Part shown: in pieces, positions 8,857 to 18,082 of the stretch
How the letters are laid out: each line of letters begins with the position of its first letter
Position numbering within the stretch: position 1 is the first letter of the stretch
Virus record (IMG/VR): IMGVR_UViG_3300037313_001714
Location: 1 to 64,000 of that record
DNA from: a virus
Direction: 5' to 3' (one strand)
Length of the DNA: 64,000 nt
The notes under the pieces: model-generated
The model's input: only the letters and a program-made list of their open reading frames with translations
Database searches by the model: none
What the model was told of the DNA's origin: nothing
Position numbers and translations under genes: made by a program

Positions 8857-9105
8857 ATGGCCGATGATCTCACCACCGTTTCCGCTCCCGACCTGCCCGG
8901 CCACACCGCGCGGCGCAACTTCGTGATCGCCAGCTTGCTGTTCCACTGGGCGCTGATCGGCCTGGTCCTGTGCTTCGGCAAGCCCGACAACTCGCTGCAC
9001 AGCTCGGCGCTGGCCTGGGCCTTCGCCGCCTCGACCGCCACCTTCGTCGCCTACGTGTTCGGGATGGCGCTCGACGCCGCCACGCTCATGAAGGCGCGCA
9101 GCTGA
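8857..9105 (+). CDS. two-TM membrane protein (holin-like architecture, function unproven)
   Basis: GGAGG SD; two hydrophobic helices and a basic C-terminus. Confidence 0.5.
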   Translation: MADDLTTVSAPDLPGHTARRNFVIASLLFHWALIGLVLCFGKPDNSLHSSALAWAFAASTATFVAYVFGMALDAATLMKARS

Positions 9106-9143
9106 AGCGCGGCGCTAGATCCACGTGAAACATGCCGTGAAAC

Positions 9144-9479
9144 ATGAGATCGAGCCAGAAGTACGGCAGCCCGTTCCAGCACCCGGCGCCGCGCCGCGAG
9201 GACCTGCCGCCGCAGAAGGCGGCGCCCATCGTCGCGTACGGCATGCGGCGCGAGGGCGTGCTGTGGATCATGGACGAGGTGCAGTGGTGGAGCCACCGGG
9301 CACTGCGCGACACCCACCGCTACCGCGAGGTGTCCGAAGCGCCGCCGCACCGCCTGCTGAAGCGCCTGCAGAACGATCTGCTCGTGCGCGTGCAGGCCGC
9401 GACCGTGGCGCGTGAGCTGCGCAACCACCGCGAGCGCGAGCTGCGCCACATGGAACGCAACTACGGAGACGCCTGGTGA
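9144..9479 (+). CDS. hypothetical protein, tail ...NYGDAW
   Basis: First gene of the repeat-ended array. Confidence 0.6.
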   Translation: MRSSQKYGSPFQHPAPRREDLPPQKAAPIVAYGMRREGVLWIMDEVQWWSHRALRDTHRYREVSEAPPHRLLKRLQNDLLVRVQAATVARELRNHRERELRHMERNYGDAW

Positions 9480-9871
9480 GCAGCTGCTACTTCACCCGCC
9501 GCGCCGGCTTCGAGCCGGCCAGGACCGAGGGCTACGCCACGCCGTTCGTCCTGGTCGAGTTTGACTGCGACGACAACTGCCACCTCTGGTTCACCGACAG
9601 CCTGAAGTGCACGGCCCCGGGCGATCGGCTGCGCTACCGGTTCGACGAGGCCGAGCGCTTCGTGAAGGACGGCAGCTGGGTCGAGCTGACCGAGGCCCAG
9701 GCCGAGCGCCACCTGGAATGGGCGCGCACCCGGCCGCACCCATGGCCGTGGCCGAGCCATCCGGTCGACGTGGCCCTGAACGACCCGGCCGAGCGCCAGC
9801 GCATCGCCGAGGTGCTGCTCAATGGCAAGCCCTCGGATGCGCCCGAGACCGGCATCGAGGAGGCCTGGTGA
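9476..9871 (+). CDS. hypothetical protein, tail ...ETGIEEAW
   Basis: GTG start overlapping the previous stop codon. Confidence 0.65.
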   Translation: MSSCYFTRRAGFEPARTEGYATPFVLVEFDCDDNCHLWFTDSLKCTAPGDRLRYRFDEAERFVKDGSWVELTEAQAERHLEWARTRPHPWPWPSHPVDVALNDPAERQRIAEVLLNGKPSDAPETGIEEAW

Positions 9872-9872
9872 C

Positions 9873-10301
9873 ATGGCGATCGGGCTGAGCGCGGCGGTGC
9901 AACAGGCGATGGACCAGGCGGGCGAGCTGTGCGCCTGGATGGAGTCGCTCGCGAGCAGCGGCAGCCGCTTTTTCACCAACCCGAATGGCTTCGTGGGCGT
10001 GACTGGCGAGCCGATCGTGCTGGTCGAGATACAGGGCACGATGCGGGCGTCCTGGAGTCGCAGCGACGAGCGCGAACCCCGGCGCGAGCTGCACCAGCAG
10101 CCCGATTCGGTCGATCTGGAATTCGCCGAGAAGACCGTCACGAGCGGCATCTGGGTCGAGCTGGACGTCGAGCACGCCGTGCAGCACATGCTGTACGCGC
10201 TGCGCACCCAGCCGCCCTGGCTCTACACGGACCACACGCTGGCGAGCCAAGCCGCGGTCAACCCGTGGACCCCCGAGACCAGCTACGGAGACGCCTGGTG
10301 A
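9873..10301 (+). CDS. hypothetical protein, tail ...ETSYGDAW
   Basis: ATG 1 nt after the previous stop; GGAGG inside the repeat can serve as SD. Confidence 0.65.
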   Translation: MAIGLSAAVQQAMDQAGELCAWMESLASSGSRFFTNPNGFVGVTGEPIVLVEIQGTMRASWSRSDEREPRRELHQQPDSVDLEFAEKTVTSGIWVELDVEHAVQHMLYALRTQPPWLYTDHTLASQAAVNPWTPETSYGDAW

Positions 10302-10555
10302 TGCGCGTCTTCGACCGCCAGAACGCGCCGCCGGACGTCACCCTGTGGCGCATCGTCATCTACGACGACGGCTCGTGGACGCACGTCTACATGGACGGCA
10401 CCATCAGCAAGCACGACTCGGGCGGCCGAGACAAGCTGCGCGAGCTGCTGCTGCTGCGCACGCTCTGGCGCGAGCGCCCGAGCTGGGAGCACCCTGCGGG
10501 CTTCGAGCTGCAGCGCTGCGACCAGCCCGAGACCAGCTACGGAGACGCCTGGTGA
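10301..10555 (+). CDS. hypothetical protein, tail ...ETSYGDAW
   Basis: TGATG overlap with the previous gene. Confidence 0.6.
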   Translation: MRVFDRQNAPPDVTLWRIVIYDDGSWTHVYMDGTISKHDSGGRDKLRELLLLRTLWRERPSWEHPAGFELQRCDQPETSYGDAW

Positions 10556-10604
10556 ACACACAGCTGCACGTTTCGGGCGTTTCGTTCAAGCATAGGTGCA
10601 CGCC

Positions 10605-11117
10605 ATGAGCACGCCCGACCCGAACGAGCGCGACTACCGCTACTACAGCGCCACCGACCCCGAGTTCGCCTGGAACGTCGTGCGCGTCGATGAGCCGACC
10701 GGCCGGGCCTGGCAGCAGACCCAGGAAGGCGACTGGTATCAGCTCGATCCGAAGGGCGACTGGCGGGACTGGGCGCGCCGGCATGTTGCAATGGGCAAGC
10801 GCGTCGAGATCAACTGCAGGGCGGACCGCACCGACGTGCCGCAGACCGCAGGACGCCTGGTGAGCACCATGCGCTGCTACCGCCCGCTCATTCAAGGGGC
10901 CAGCTGGACGCTGGCCAAGATCGACGCGGGGCGCAACGAGCTGCACCTGCTGCGGCTCAAGGGCAACTGGGAGGTCCTGCCACGCACCCAAGGAGATTGG
11001 CAGGCCGACTGGGCTGACGACGCCCTGCAGCGCGGCCACCTCGAGGAAATCGAGGACCCGGACGCCGCGGCACCTGCGGGCTCGGACATCCCCGAGGCCA
11101 GCCAGGACGCCTGGTAG
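10605..11117 (+). CDS. hypothetical protein, tail ...EASQDAW
   Basis: 170 aa, Trp-rich. Confidence 0.65.
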   Translation: MSTPDPNERDYRYYSATDPEFAWNVVRVDEPTGRAWQQTQEGDWYQLDPKGDWRDWARRHVAMGKRVEINCRADRTDVPQTAGRLVSTMRCYRPLIQGASWTLAKIDAGRNELHLLRLKGNWEVLPRTQGDWQADWADDALQRGHLEEIEDPDAAAPAGSDIPEASQDAW

Positions 11118-11129
11118 GAGCGCTGCGCC

Positions 11130-11504
11130 ATGGGCATCCGTGTGATCGTCTGCGGGGGTCGCGACTACAGCGACCGCGCAGCCCTGTTCAACATTCTGGA
11201 CCGCATTCACGTGCGCTACCCGATCGCCGTCATCGTCGAGGGTGGTGCAACCGGTGCAGACGACCTGGCGGCGGTGTGGGCCCGCAAGCGCGGTGTGCCC
11301 ATCGAGGAGCACAAGGCGGCGTGGTCGGTGCACGGCAAGATGGCCGGCAGGGTCCGCAACGGGCAGATGGCCCGGCTGGGTGCCCACCTGTGCGTGGCGT
11401 TCCCGGGAGGCGCTGGCACGGCCCACATGGTGGAAGTGGCCAGGCGGCATGGCATCAAGGTCTGGCAGCCGCTCGGGCCGGGGATGTGGCCCTATAAGGA
11501 TTGA
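11130..11504 (+). CDS. SLOG-family (DUF2493/YspA-like) protein
   Basis: 'RVIVCGGRDY', 'EGGATGAD', 'AGRVRNGQM', 'VAFPGGAGTAHM'. Confidence 0.85.
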   Translation: MGIRVIVCGGRDYSDRAALFNILDRIHVRYPIAVIVEGGATGADDLAAVWARKRGVPIEEHKAAWSVHGKMAGRVRNGQMARLGAHLCVAFPGGAGTAHMVEVARRHGIKVWQPLGPGMWPYKD

Positions 11505-11510
11505 AGAGTC

Positions 11511-11699
11511 ATGACACCCACCGAACAGGTAGCCTACAAGGACGGGCTTGATGCGGGCTGGCGCCACGGCCGCTACGAGGGCAACACGAGCTTCTTCATC
11601 GACTGTCCGTATGCCGAGGGCACACCCGAGTACGCCGCGTGGCAGAGGGGCTTTGGCGATGGCACCGAGGACTTCATCGCATGGCAGCGGTCGGACTGA
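11511..11699 (+). CDS. ribosome-modulation-factor (RMF)-like small protein
   Basis: 'AYKDGLDAG...CPY...EYAAWQRGF' resembles the RMF CPY..W..GW core. Confidence 0.5.
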   Translation: MTPTEQVAYKDGLDAGWRHGRYEGNTSFFIDCPYAEGTPEYAAWQRGFGDGTEDFIAWQRSD

Positions 11700-11895
11700 T
11701 CGAGGGTCGGCTGTATAAGGATTGAGGCCTGGTTCCTCCCGGCCTGGCCGTATAAGGATCGTCCTGACCAAGGTCGGAACGAGGAAGGCTGGGCCGCCGC
11801 CCGTATCAAGCTCTTCTAGGACTGTGCACCTCGGCAAAACCGGTCCCGTTGATGAGGTTCCCTTCGAAGGACTCATCAACGGGACTGGTTGCTCA

Positions 11896-12108
11896 TCAGT
11901 GCAGCGTCGCAGTGCAGCGCACGAGCGCATCGATGGTCGTGTGGATGAGCTGCTCGGGCTGCTGCTCACCGCTCAGCATCACCATGTTCGCGGGAATGGT
12001 TGAGTAGCTCCCGCTGACCGTGTCGAGCACATCATAGGTTTCTTGGAAGTCATCGTAACTCAGCACGTAGAGTGGATGAGCTTCGCTCACGTAAACAGTG
12101 CGATTCAT
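11896..12108 (-). CDS. hypothetical protein (lower-GC cassette)
   Basis: GAGGTCAACC-ATG leader, identical to that of the adjacent gene. Confidence 0.5.
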   Translation of the reverse strand: MNRTVYVSEAHPLYVLSYDDFQETYDVLDTVSGSYSTIPANMVMLSGEQQPEQLIHTTIDALVRCTATLH

Positions 12109-12182
12109 GGTTGACCTCGTGAATGGTTGAGACAGTCAGCGGTGAGTGTGAGTCACCGCTGACTTTACCTGATGACCAGAGC

Positions 12183-13139
12183 TTAGCGCTTATTGCTGCG
12201 CTTGCCCTTGCCCTTGTTCTGCTGAGATTCGGGCTGCACCGAACTACCCTCTGCGCTGACCGGTGCAGCGTTGTCGATGGGCTCGCTCATGCTGGGCGAT
12301 TCGCTGAGCTGTTCGTTGATGAGCTGTCGCTGCTCGCTGTCATCGTGCAGCTCGTCTGCTTCTGCGATCAGCGAATTGATGAGGTCGCTGACCTCTGCGC
12401 TGTCATCGTGAACCTGAGCGGTAACATCGGGCGTCTGCGGGTCTGCGACTGCTGCGGGCATCACTGCTTCGGGTTGCGTCTGCGGGACGTCTGCGGGCGC
12501 TTCTGCGGGCGTTTGCTGCTCGTTCTTTTCGTCTGCGCTCGTGAGCACCTTTGCGGGAGCAAAGATGCTAGCGAAGAGCTTTGCCCGGTCGTTATCGTAG
12601 AGCTTCATCACATCGCCCGCATGCGCTTTGCGAACCTCTGCGATCCCAAGGTAATGCAGCGTCATGCGAGTGGATGAGCTTTGCGTGCTTGCGGTCCCGG
12701 GCGTGCAGTCACGCTTGACCTTGAGCATTTGAACCTCGTCAAGAGCGTTGTATGCGATGCTCTTACTCAAGCACACGAGGTTGCTCTTGTTGGTGATCTG
12801 GTGCAAATTGATGAGGTTTGCACCGATCGCGTTGGTGTACGGGTCGAGATCACTGCGCAGCTGCGTCGCGAGCGCTTGCAGCGTCGAAACGATTTTGACC
12901 AGGACTTTTACCGCGATGAAATTGAGCTTGTCACTGTTCGGGTTCGCGATGCGAACCCTGCGCAGCAATTCGGGCGCGACCTCAGCGAAAGCGGGCAAGC
13001 TCATCACCTTGTCGAGCGCGACTGCTGACCTGCGCGCATTGCTGAGCGCGGTGAGCGTGTCGTTGCTGTGCACTTCTGCGTTGCGGGATTCGAGCGCAGC
13101 AATGAATTGTTGAGAGAACGAAACGGTAGAGCTGTTCAT
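12183..13139 (-). CDS. hypothetical protein with acidic low-complexity C-terminus (lower-GC cassette)
   Basis: 318 aa from MNSSTV; GAGGTCAACC-ATG leader; atypical codon usage. Confidence 0.7.
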   Translation of the reverse strand: MNSSTVSFSQQFIAALESRNAEVHSNDTLTALSNARRSAVALDKVMSLPAFAEVAPELLRRVRIANPNSDKLNFIAVKVLVKIVSTLQALATQLRSDLDPYTNAIGANLINLHQITNKSNLVCLSKSIAYNALDEVQMLKVKRDCTPGTASTQSSSTRMTLHYLGIAEVRKAHAGDVMKLYDNDRAKLFASIFAPAKVLTSADEKNEQQTPAEAPADVPQTQPEAVMPAAVADPQTPDVTAQVHDDSAEVSDLINSLIAEADELHDDSEQRQLINEQLSESPSMSEPIDNAAPVSAEGSSVQPESQQNKGKGKRSNKR

Positions 13140-13391
13140 GGTTGACCTCTGAAAAGATGGGTTGGAACGGATGAGTTGACTCACTGGTGACTTGCGCGCG
13201 AGGGATGAGCTTGCATTGCGCAAGCGCTCGCGCGGGCGACCCAGTGACCGGGTTGTTAAAGAGCGTGGGCGCTTGCGTGAGATCGCGCGGGCGTGAGTCA
13301 ATTCTAGTCACGCATGCCCGCGATACTAGGTCAGCGGTGAGTTACCATGAATCTGGACCGTAACGCATCGTGGACTCAGCGGTACGCGGGC

Positions 13392-13435
13392 AAGCTCAGG
13401 AGTGGAAAGCTCAGGAGTGGAAAGCTCAGGAGTGG
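13392..13435. repeat. 15-bp-period tandem repeat AAGCTCAGGAGTGG(A) x3
   Basis: Units at 13392, 13407 and 13422. Confidence 0.9.
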
Positions 13436-14255
13436 CAATGGCTGGGCTGCTGCTCGGCCGCGCCTAGGCTCAGCCATGGACCCAGCCATGGCGAGCGCGG
13501 CCAGGCGGCGCCGTGGCCCGTCCTAGGCGGGCGGCGCCGAGGCCCTGCCGCGGCTGCTGCCTTTGGCCGGCCACCGGCAACCGTCGGCGCGGCATCCGAT
13601 TTCCGTTGGGCCGCCCGTCGCCGTGGCATCCGATGCCGCCCCACGCCGCCCCATCCGGTACAGTGACCCTTGCCCGTGCCCGTTGCTGCCCGTGGCGTCT
13701 CCTGCTGCTCCTGGCAGGGACGCGATCCAGTGCCACTGCCATGGACGGTCGGCACGGGCGCCATGGCGGCAGGCAGGCTGGTCAGGCAGCGTTCAGGCTT
13801 TGGCAAGCCAGGCTGCTCTACAGTGCGCCCGCACGCCGCCTGCCCCGCCGGGTGTATGCCTGAACGGGCTCGGAGCAACGGGGATGGCCAGGCGGCGTGC
13901 ACCTCCAAGGAGCCGAGGGCAGTTGCGCTTTTACGATGGCTTGAGCACCGCCGCTCGCTTCGCTCGCTTGTGCTGCCTGTCCTTCCCCCTAGCCTCTCCT
14001 CTTCCCCTCTCTTCCATGGCATGACCGTCTTCCGGTGTGCTCGCCATGGCGGTGCTGTCCTCTCTGTCGTTGACCCTGCCGGTGTCGCTTCCTTCCTCCA
14101 TGGGGAGTGACCGTCGGCGTGGCATCCGAGTTGGTTCTGCCTGTGCTTTTTCTCTTACGGTTCAGGTCGCCTTGCCTGTCGAGTTTGCTCTGTCTGCCTC
14201 GACATTTCCTGCAATGTGAAACCTTATAGGCGGGCCGACAGTCGTCCTTTCTTTG

Positions 14256-14268
14256 TAAGTTGTTGATT
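14256..14268 (-). promoter_or_regulatory. IHF-consensus site
   Basis: Minus-strand AATCAACAACTTA matches WATCAANNNNTTR, in an AT-rich patch. Confidence 0.5.
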
Positions 14269-14296
14269 TTCCTAGGCTTTTTAGCGTTTCAGGCAG

Positions 14297-14326
14297 GAAA
14301 AGGCCCGATGCTTATAGATCGGGCCT
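14297..14326 (-). terminator. rho-independent terminator ending the long minus-strand early block
   Basis: AGGCCCGAT-8 nt-ATCGGGCCT followed by TTT on the minus strand. Confidence 0.7.
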
Positions 14327-14399
14327 GTACGCATATCCAGTTGCAGACAGCCTGCGATGGGCAGGACTGTATGCCTATCCAGTGGTTTCCTGGGCCTGG

Positions 14400-14603
14400 T
14401 CAGAAGGTCGGCAGGTCGTAGGACACGAGCCGGCCCACGTGGAAGTCATCGAACTGCGCGCGATTGGCAAACACGTTGATCGCCTCGAACTCCGGGCTGA
14501 TGTGGACGATCCGCCCGTCCTTGAGTGTGACGACGACGTCGTCGGCAGCGCTGTGGAAGAAGCCGACCTCCATGGTCACGCCTTGCGCTTGCACTTTGTC
14601 CAT
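14400..14603 (-). CDS. hypothetical protein
   Basis: AGGAG SD; ends ...YDLPTF. Confidence 0.6.
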   Translation of the reverse strand: MDKVQAQGVTMEVGFFHSAADDVVVTLKDGRIVHISPEFEAINVFANRAQFDDFHVGRLVSYDLPTF

Positions 14604-14636
14604 GATGGGTGTCTCCTGTGGTGGGTTGGGGTTGGC

Positions 14637-14921
14637 TCAGGCGAACACGTCGATGGAACCGTCGGCGTTCACGTTCAGGCAGTGGGCCGGCTGGTGGATG
14701 GCGTCTGCGGCGCTGTCGAAGTCCTGGTCGAACCAGAAGACCGGCACCAGCCCGTGCTCGTACACGCCCTGCCATTCCACGTAGCAGTGCTTCGTGATGT
14801 GACCGTCAGCCTGCAGCTTTTGCAGCAGCGGCTCGGCGATCTTGTCCATCTCGCGCTCGGTGAAGTCGCCGGTGGCATGGGCGAGCAGATCGACGACGAG
14901 GTTCGGAACGGTGGCGATCAT
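14637..14921 (-). CDS. hypothetical protein
   Basis: AAGGAG SD; start MIATVP. Confidence 0.6.
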   Translation of the reverse strand: MIATVPNLVVDLLAHATGDFTEREMDKIAEPLLQKLQADGHITKHCYVEWQGVYEHGLVPVFWFDQDFDSAADAIHQPAHCLNVNADGSIDVFA

Positions 14922-15001
14922 GGCAATCTCCTTTGCGTGTGGTTGACCGATGCACGCATGTTCGGGCGCACGCATTGGCGTGCGCGTGGCTGATTCGTGC
15001 C

Positions 15002-15406
15002 TCAGATGTGATCGCCGACCGCGACCATCATGTCATCCTGCGTGAGCGGCAGGTCAGGCGTTGCCGGTGCGGGCCTGCGCGCCATCAGCGCCTCGAGTTG
15101 CGGCGGGACGGGCTTGGCTTCGGCGTTGGCGATCTCGACCAGCTGGCGGGCGTAGAACTTCATGCGCGGGCGCACGGCGTTCAGCTGGCGCTCGGTCAGG
15201 GTGCCAAAGCGCTTGGACTTGCGCGCGATGTCCGACAGCCACTCCGCGTCGCGCTTGTTGAAGCCGACGCCGTTGGCGTGCGCGGTGTACTGCATCTGCT
15301 GCTCGTCGGCGGTCTGCCTGGCGTACAGCGCCTGCAGCGCGCGGTAGACGGCGCGCGGGCTGGCATCGAGCAGCGCGTGAACGTGTTCCTTGGTCCACAT
15401 AGCCAT
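15002..15406 (-). CDS. conserved-type phage hypothetical protein
   Basis: 'LYARQTADEQ...NGVGFNKRDA..LS..TLTERQL'; GGAGG SD. Confidence 0.65.
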   Translation of the reverse strand: MAMWTKEHVHALLDASPRAVYRALQALYARQTADEQQMQYTAHANGVGFNKRDAEWLSDIARKSKRFGTLTERQLNAVRPRMKFYARQLVEIANAEAKPVPPQLEALMARRPAPATPDLPLTQDDMMVAVGDHI

Positions 15407-15587
15407 CGCCTCCAAGGTGCGTGTGTTGCGATAGACCCATGGTCTCGAGCACACGCAGGCGTGCATGCGGCAGATCACGTTGCCTGGCAGGTTGCCGCGT
15501 CAGGGCGGGTGGGCAGCAGTCCTAGGCTGCGCCGCGGCGGCCGCGGTCCACGACAAAGCCGGCGGCGGGCACCGGCTTTGCGCTGGA

Positions 15588-15806
15588 TCACAGGCGCTTG
15601 ATCGTGAGCATCAGGACGATGCCGTCGTCGCGCGCCTCGCGCACGAGCAGCTCGCCGTTCCGCACTTCGAACTGCTCCATCGGGCCGAGGTCGCGTGGCG
15701 CGAAGCGCTCGGCGTGGCTGCTGGCGTACAGGCTGCCCTCGCCGGCTTGCAAGCTGGCGGCGGTGAAGCCGATGGCGGTGTTGCTGTAGGCACGGGGTTC
15801 TTGCAT
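15588..15806 (-). CDS. hypothetical protein
   Basis: AGGAG SD; start MQEPRA. Confidence 0.55.
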   Translation of the reverse strand: MQEPRAYSNTAIGFTAASLQAGEGSLYASSHAERFAPRDLGPMEQFEVRNGELLVREARDDGIVLMLTIKRL

Positions 15807-17189
15807 GGCTCTCTCCTGGTTGAAACGGGTGGGTTGGAAAACGCCGGGGCCGCGCAACGCCCCGGCAGCGGATCTCAGCGGAACAGGATGTGCGACTCGC
15901 CCACCAGATAGATGCCGAGGTCGTGCAGGCTGCTCAGCATCGTCGGGTGCAGCGCCATGAAGATCACGGTGCCGTGCCGTGCGTTCTTCAGGCGATCGCG
16001 GTGGTGCTCGCACCAGCGCTCGGCGTAGTTGCAGGCGACCTGCAGGACCACGAAACCAACAAACGTGTACGGAAGCGTGTTCATGGCGGCGTCACTCCTG
16101 GTCATCGTCATCGTCGGCAACGTTTTCGAACAGGCGGTGCTCGGCGCTCTTGCGAAAGCGCGGGCGCACCTTGGCAGCTTCGTGGGCGGCGATCTTGTGG
16201 CCCTGCCCGCGCAGGTGCAGGTTCAAGATCGAGAAGGCGATGGCACCGGGCTCGACCGGCGCGGGGGCGGGTGCAGGCGCGTCCATCGCGCTCACCGCTT
16301 GGCGTGAGGCTGCTGACGCTGTTGCTGCTGCGCTTGCAGGCGCAACAGGGCTTCTTGGCGCGCGCGGCGGTTGGCGTCGTCGAGCGCTTGGAGAATCCGC
16401 ATGAGCTTCATGGCTGCTACCTCGTCGGGTGGGTTGAACGAGGTTTCATGCTCCCGTGGTCCAGTTGGACGCTCATCGGCGATCTGCTTTAGCCAGATGA
16501 CTTGCCGAGAGCGGGGAGAAGCTGGCATGGCGCGGATTGGGGCGGACAGGAGTGGCGCTGTCTCAAGCGGACAGCAGGTGTCTCAACCAATCTCCTTGGC
16601 GAGTAAGGTTTAAGTCTTGTATTGAGATAAAACACCGGAGATAGGACAGTGCTCCCCCAAGGAGCGCTCACCAGCGTTCCTCGGGCCTTGCCTTGTCCTG
16701 GAGATCTCCGGCGTGCACCGCGAAGCCGCGGCACCGTCTGATGAAGGCGAGCGTCCTTTTCAACCTTGACGCTTCTACGTGTCCAGTTCTAGCCATGGCG
16801 CAGACTTATCACGGAAGGTATCCGTGCCACCCGAGGGTTCTGCATGCCACTGGCCCCCGCCCCCGCGCCCGTTGGGTTCCCGGCTTGGCGCGATTGTGTC
16901 CACCGGGCCAGGGCGCCGGCGGGTCGTCCTCGCCTTCATGCCTGGCCTGACGTTTCGTGCGCGGCGAGCTGGGTCCGTCTTCGGGCGCCGCGCGACGCTC
17001 AGGACCCTGATATTGTAGATCACCGCTGACTTATCCGCCATGGCTGATCCATGGACCAGCGGCAGAGCATCCGTTGCCGGATGCCGCGGGTTGTGGGTCA
17101 GAGCGTGAGCAGGAGGGCGAGCGCCACGATCGCCAGGAGGATGGCGAGCAAGGCGCCCGCGCTGTGGCAGCGGCAGTGCATGGCGGGCT

Positions 17190-17639
17190 TCACAGCAGCG
17201 CGAACTTGCCACCGCCCGCGAGGATGATGGTGGCGAGCGGCAGCAGGTAGATCACTTCGGGCAGGTACAGCCAGTCGTCGATGTAGTCGGCTCGGTTGAT
17301 CGGCGCGTAGCTGGCAACGCGCGCCCGGCCCTCGGCGCAGCAGGCGACCAGCAGAATGATCGACAGCACGCTGGCGGCGAAGGCGCTGAGGATGCCCAGC
17401 GCGAGCATGGCGCCGCCGATGAATTCCCAGCCTGGCACCCACCACTGCATGAACGGCACCGCCGGCACGTGGTCGGCGACGAGCGTCTTGACCAGGCCCG
17501 CGTGGCGGCCCTTGTTGAACAGCTTGTTGGCGCCCGACAGGAAGAAGAACGAGCCGGTCGCAACGCGAATGCCGAACGTGCCGAGGTCGTGCAGGTTCAG
17601 GCCGTTGGAGGCGGCGTTGAGGATGGCGTGGAAGTCCAT
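17190..17639 (-). CDS. DoxX-family membrane protein
   Basis: 'RVATGSFFFLSGANKL...WEFIGGAMLALGILS..AA'; AGGAG SD. Confidence 0.75.
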   Translation of the reverse strand: MDFHAILNAASNGLNLHDLGTFGIRVATGSFFFLSGANKLFNKGRHAGLVKTLVADHVPAVPFMQWWVPGWEFIGGAMLALGILSAFAASVLSIILLVACCAEGRARVASYAPINRADYIDDWLYLPEVIYLLPLATIILAGGGKFALL

Positions 17640-17779
17640 GATGCGGGTCTCCTGTGAGTGGGTGGGTTCAGGCTTCGGGGCGGTCGCCGACGTGCTTGCG
17701 GATGCACACGAAGGCGAGCACGGCGACCGGCGGGATGAAGAAGATCAGGACGATGGGCATGGCGCGCTCCCGCGTGGCT

Positions 17780-18082
17780 TCACCAGCCGCCGAACTTCAT
17801 GTCCTGGAACGCGCCGCATTCCGGGCAGCTATGGGCTTCCACGAACTGCTCGTGGGTCGTTGCCCGCGGCAGGTCGTTGGCGTGCTTCCAGCAGCTGCCG
17901 CACTCGTCGCACAGGTGCTTGTGGTTGCCGGTGCCCACCACGTCCTCGTGCGGGTGACAGGCGGTGCGCAGGTGCTGCGGCTGGTCGTGCTGCTCGTGCA
18001 CGCGCGGCGTGAGCGGCGCAGGCCCGAAGGCGATCGGATCGAGCAGATCGAAGAAAGAGGCAAGGTCGTGACGGAACAACAT
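17780..18082 (-). CDS. zinc-ribbon protein, tail ...KFGGW
   Basis: CHPH, CDECGSCWKH and CPECG motifs. Confidence 0.6.
   Translation of the reverse strand: MLFRHDLASFFDLLDPIAFGPAPLTPRVHEQHDQPQHLRTACHPHEDVVGTGNHKHLCDECGSCWKHANDLPRATTHEQFVEAHSCPECGAFQDMKFGGW

Larger units (their letters stand above)
9461..11117 (+). repeat. five dispersed direct repeats forming gene 3' ends (consensus CCCGAGACCAGCTACGGAGACGCCTGGTGA)
   Basis: Copies at 9461-9479 (partial), 9842-9871, 10272-10301, 10526-10555 (identical to 10272-10301) and 11091-11117. Confidence 0.9.

Noticed and set aside
8857-9105. Definite holin / lysis cassette
   Set aside because: The topology is compatible, but there is no endolysin or spanin nearby, so it is kept as a membrane protein of unknown function.
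9125-9146. Direct repeat GTGAAACATG x2
   Set aside because: Only two short copies and none noticed elsewhere; insufficient to call a site.
9461-11117. CRISPR array or integron attC interpretation of the repeats
   Set aside because: The intervening segments are 250-560-nt intact ORFs of unequal length, the repeats are coding and non-palindromic, and no cas or intI gene is in the window.
13392-13435. Mini-CRISPR
   Set aside because: Head-to-tail tandem units with no spacers.
13370-14220. ORFs called in the 13.4-14.2 kb interval
   Set aside because: Low-complexity Arg/Pro/Gly translations in all frames, with no SD and no phage-like codon bias; treated as non-coding.
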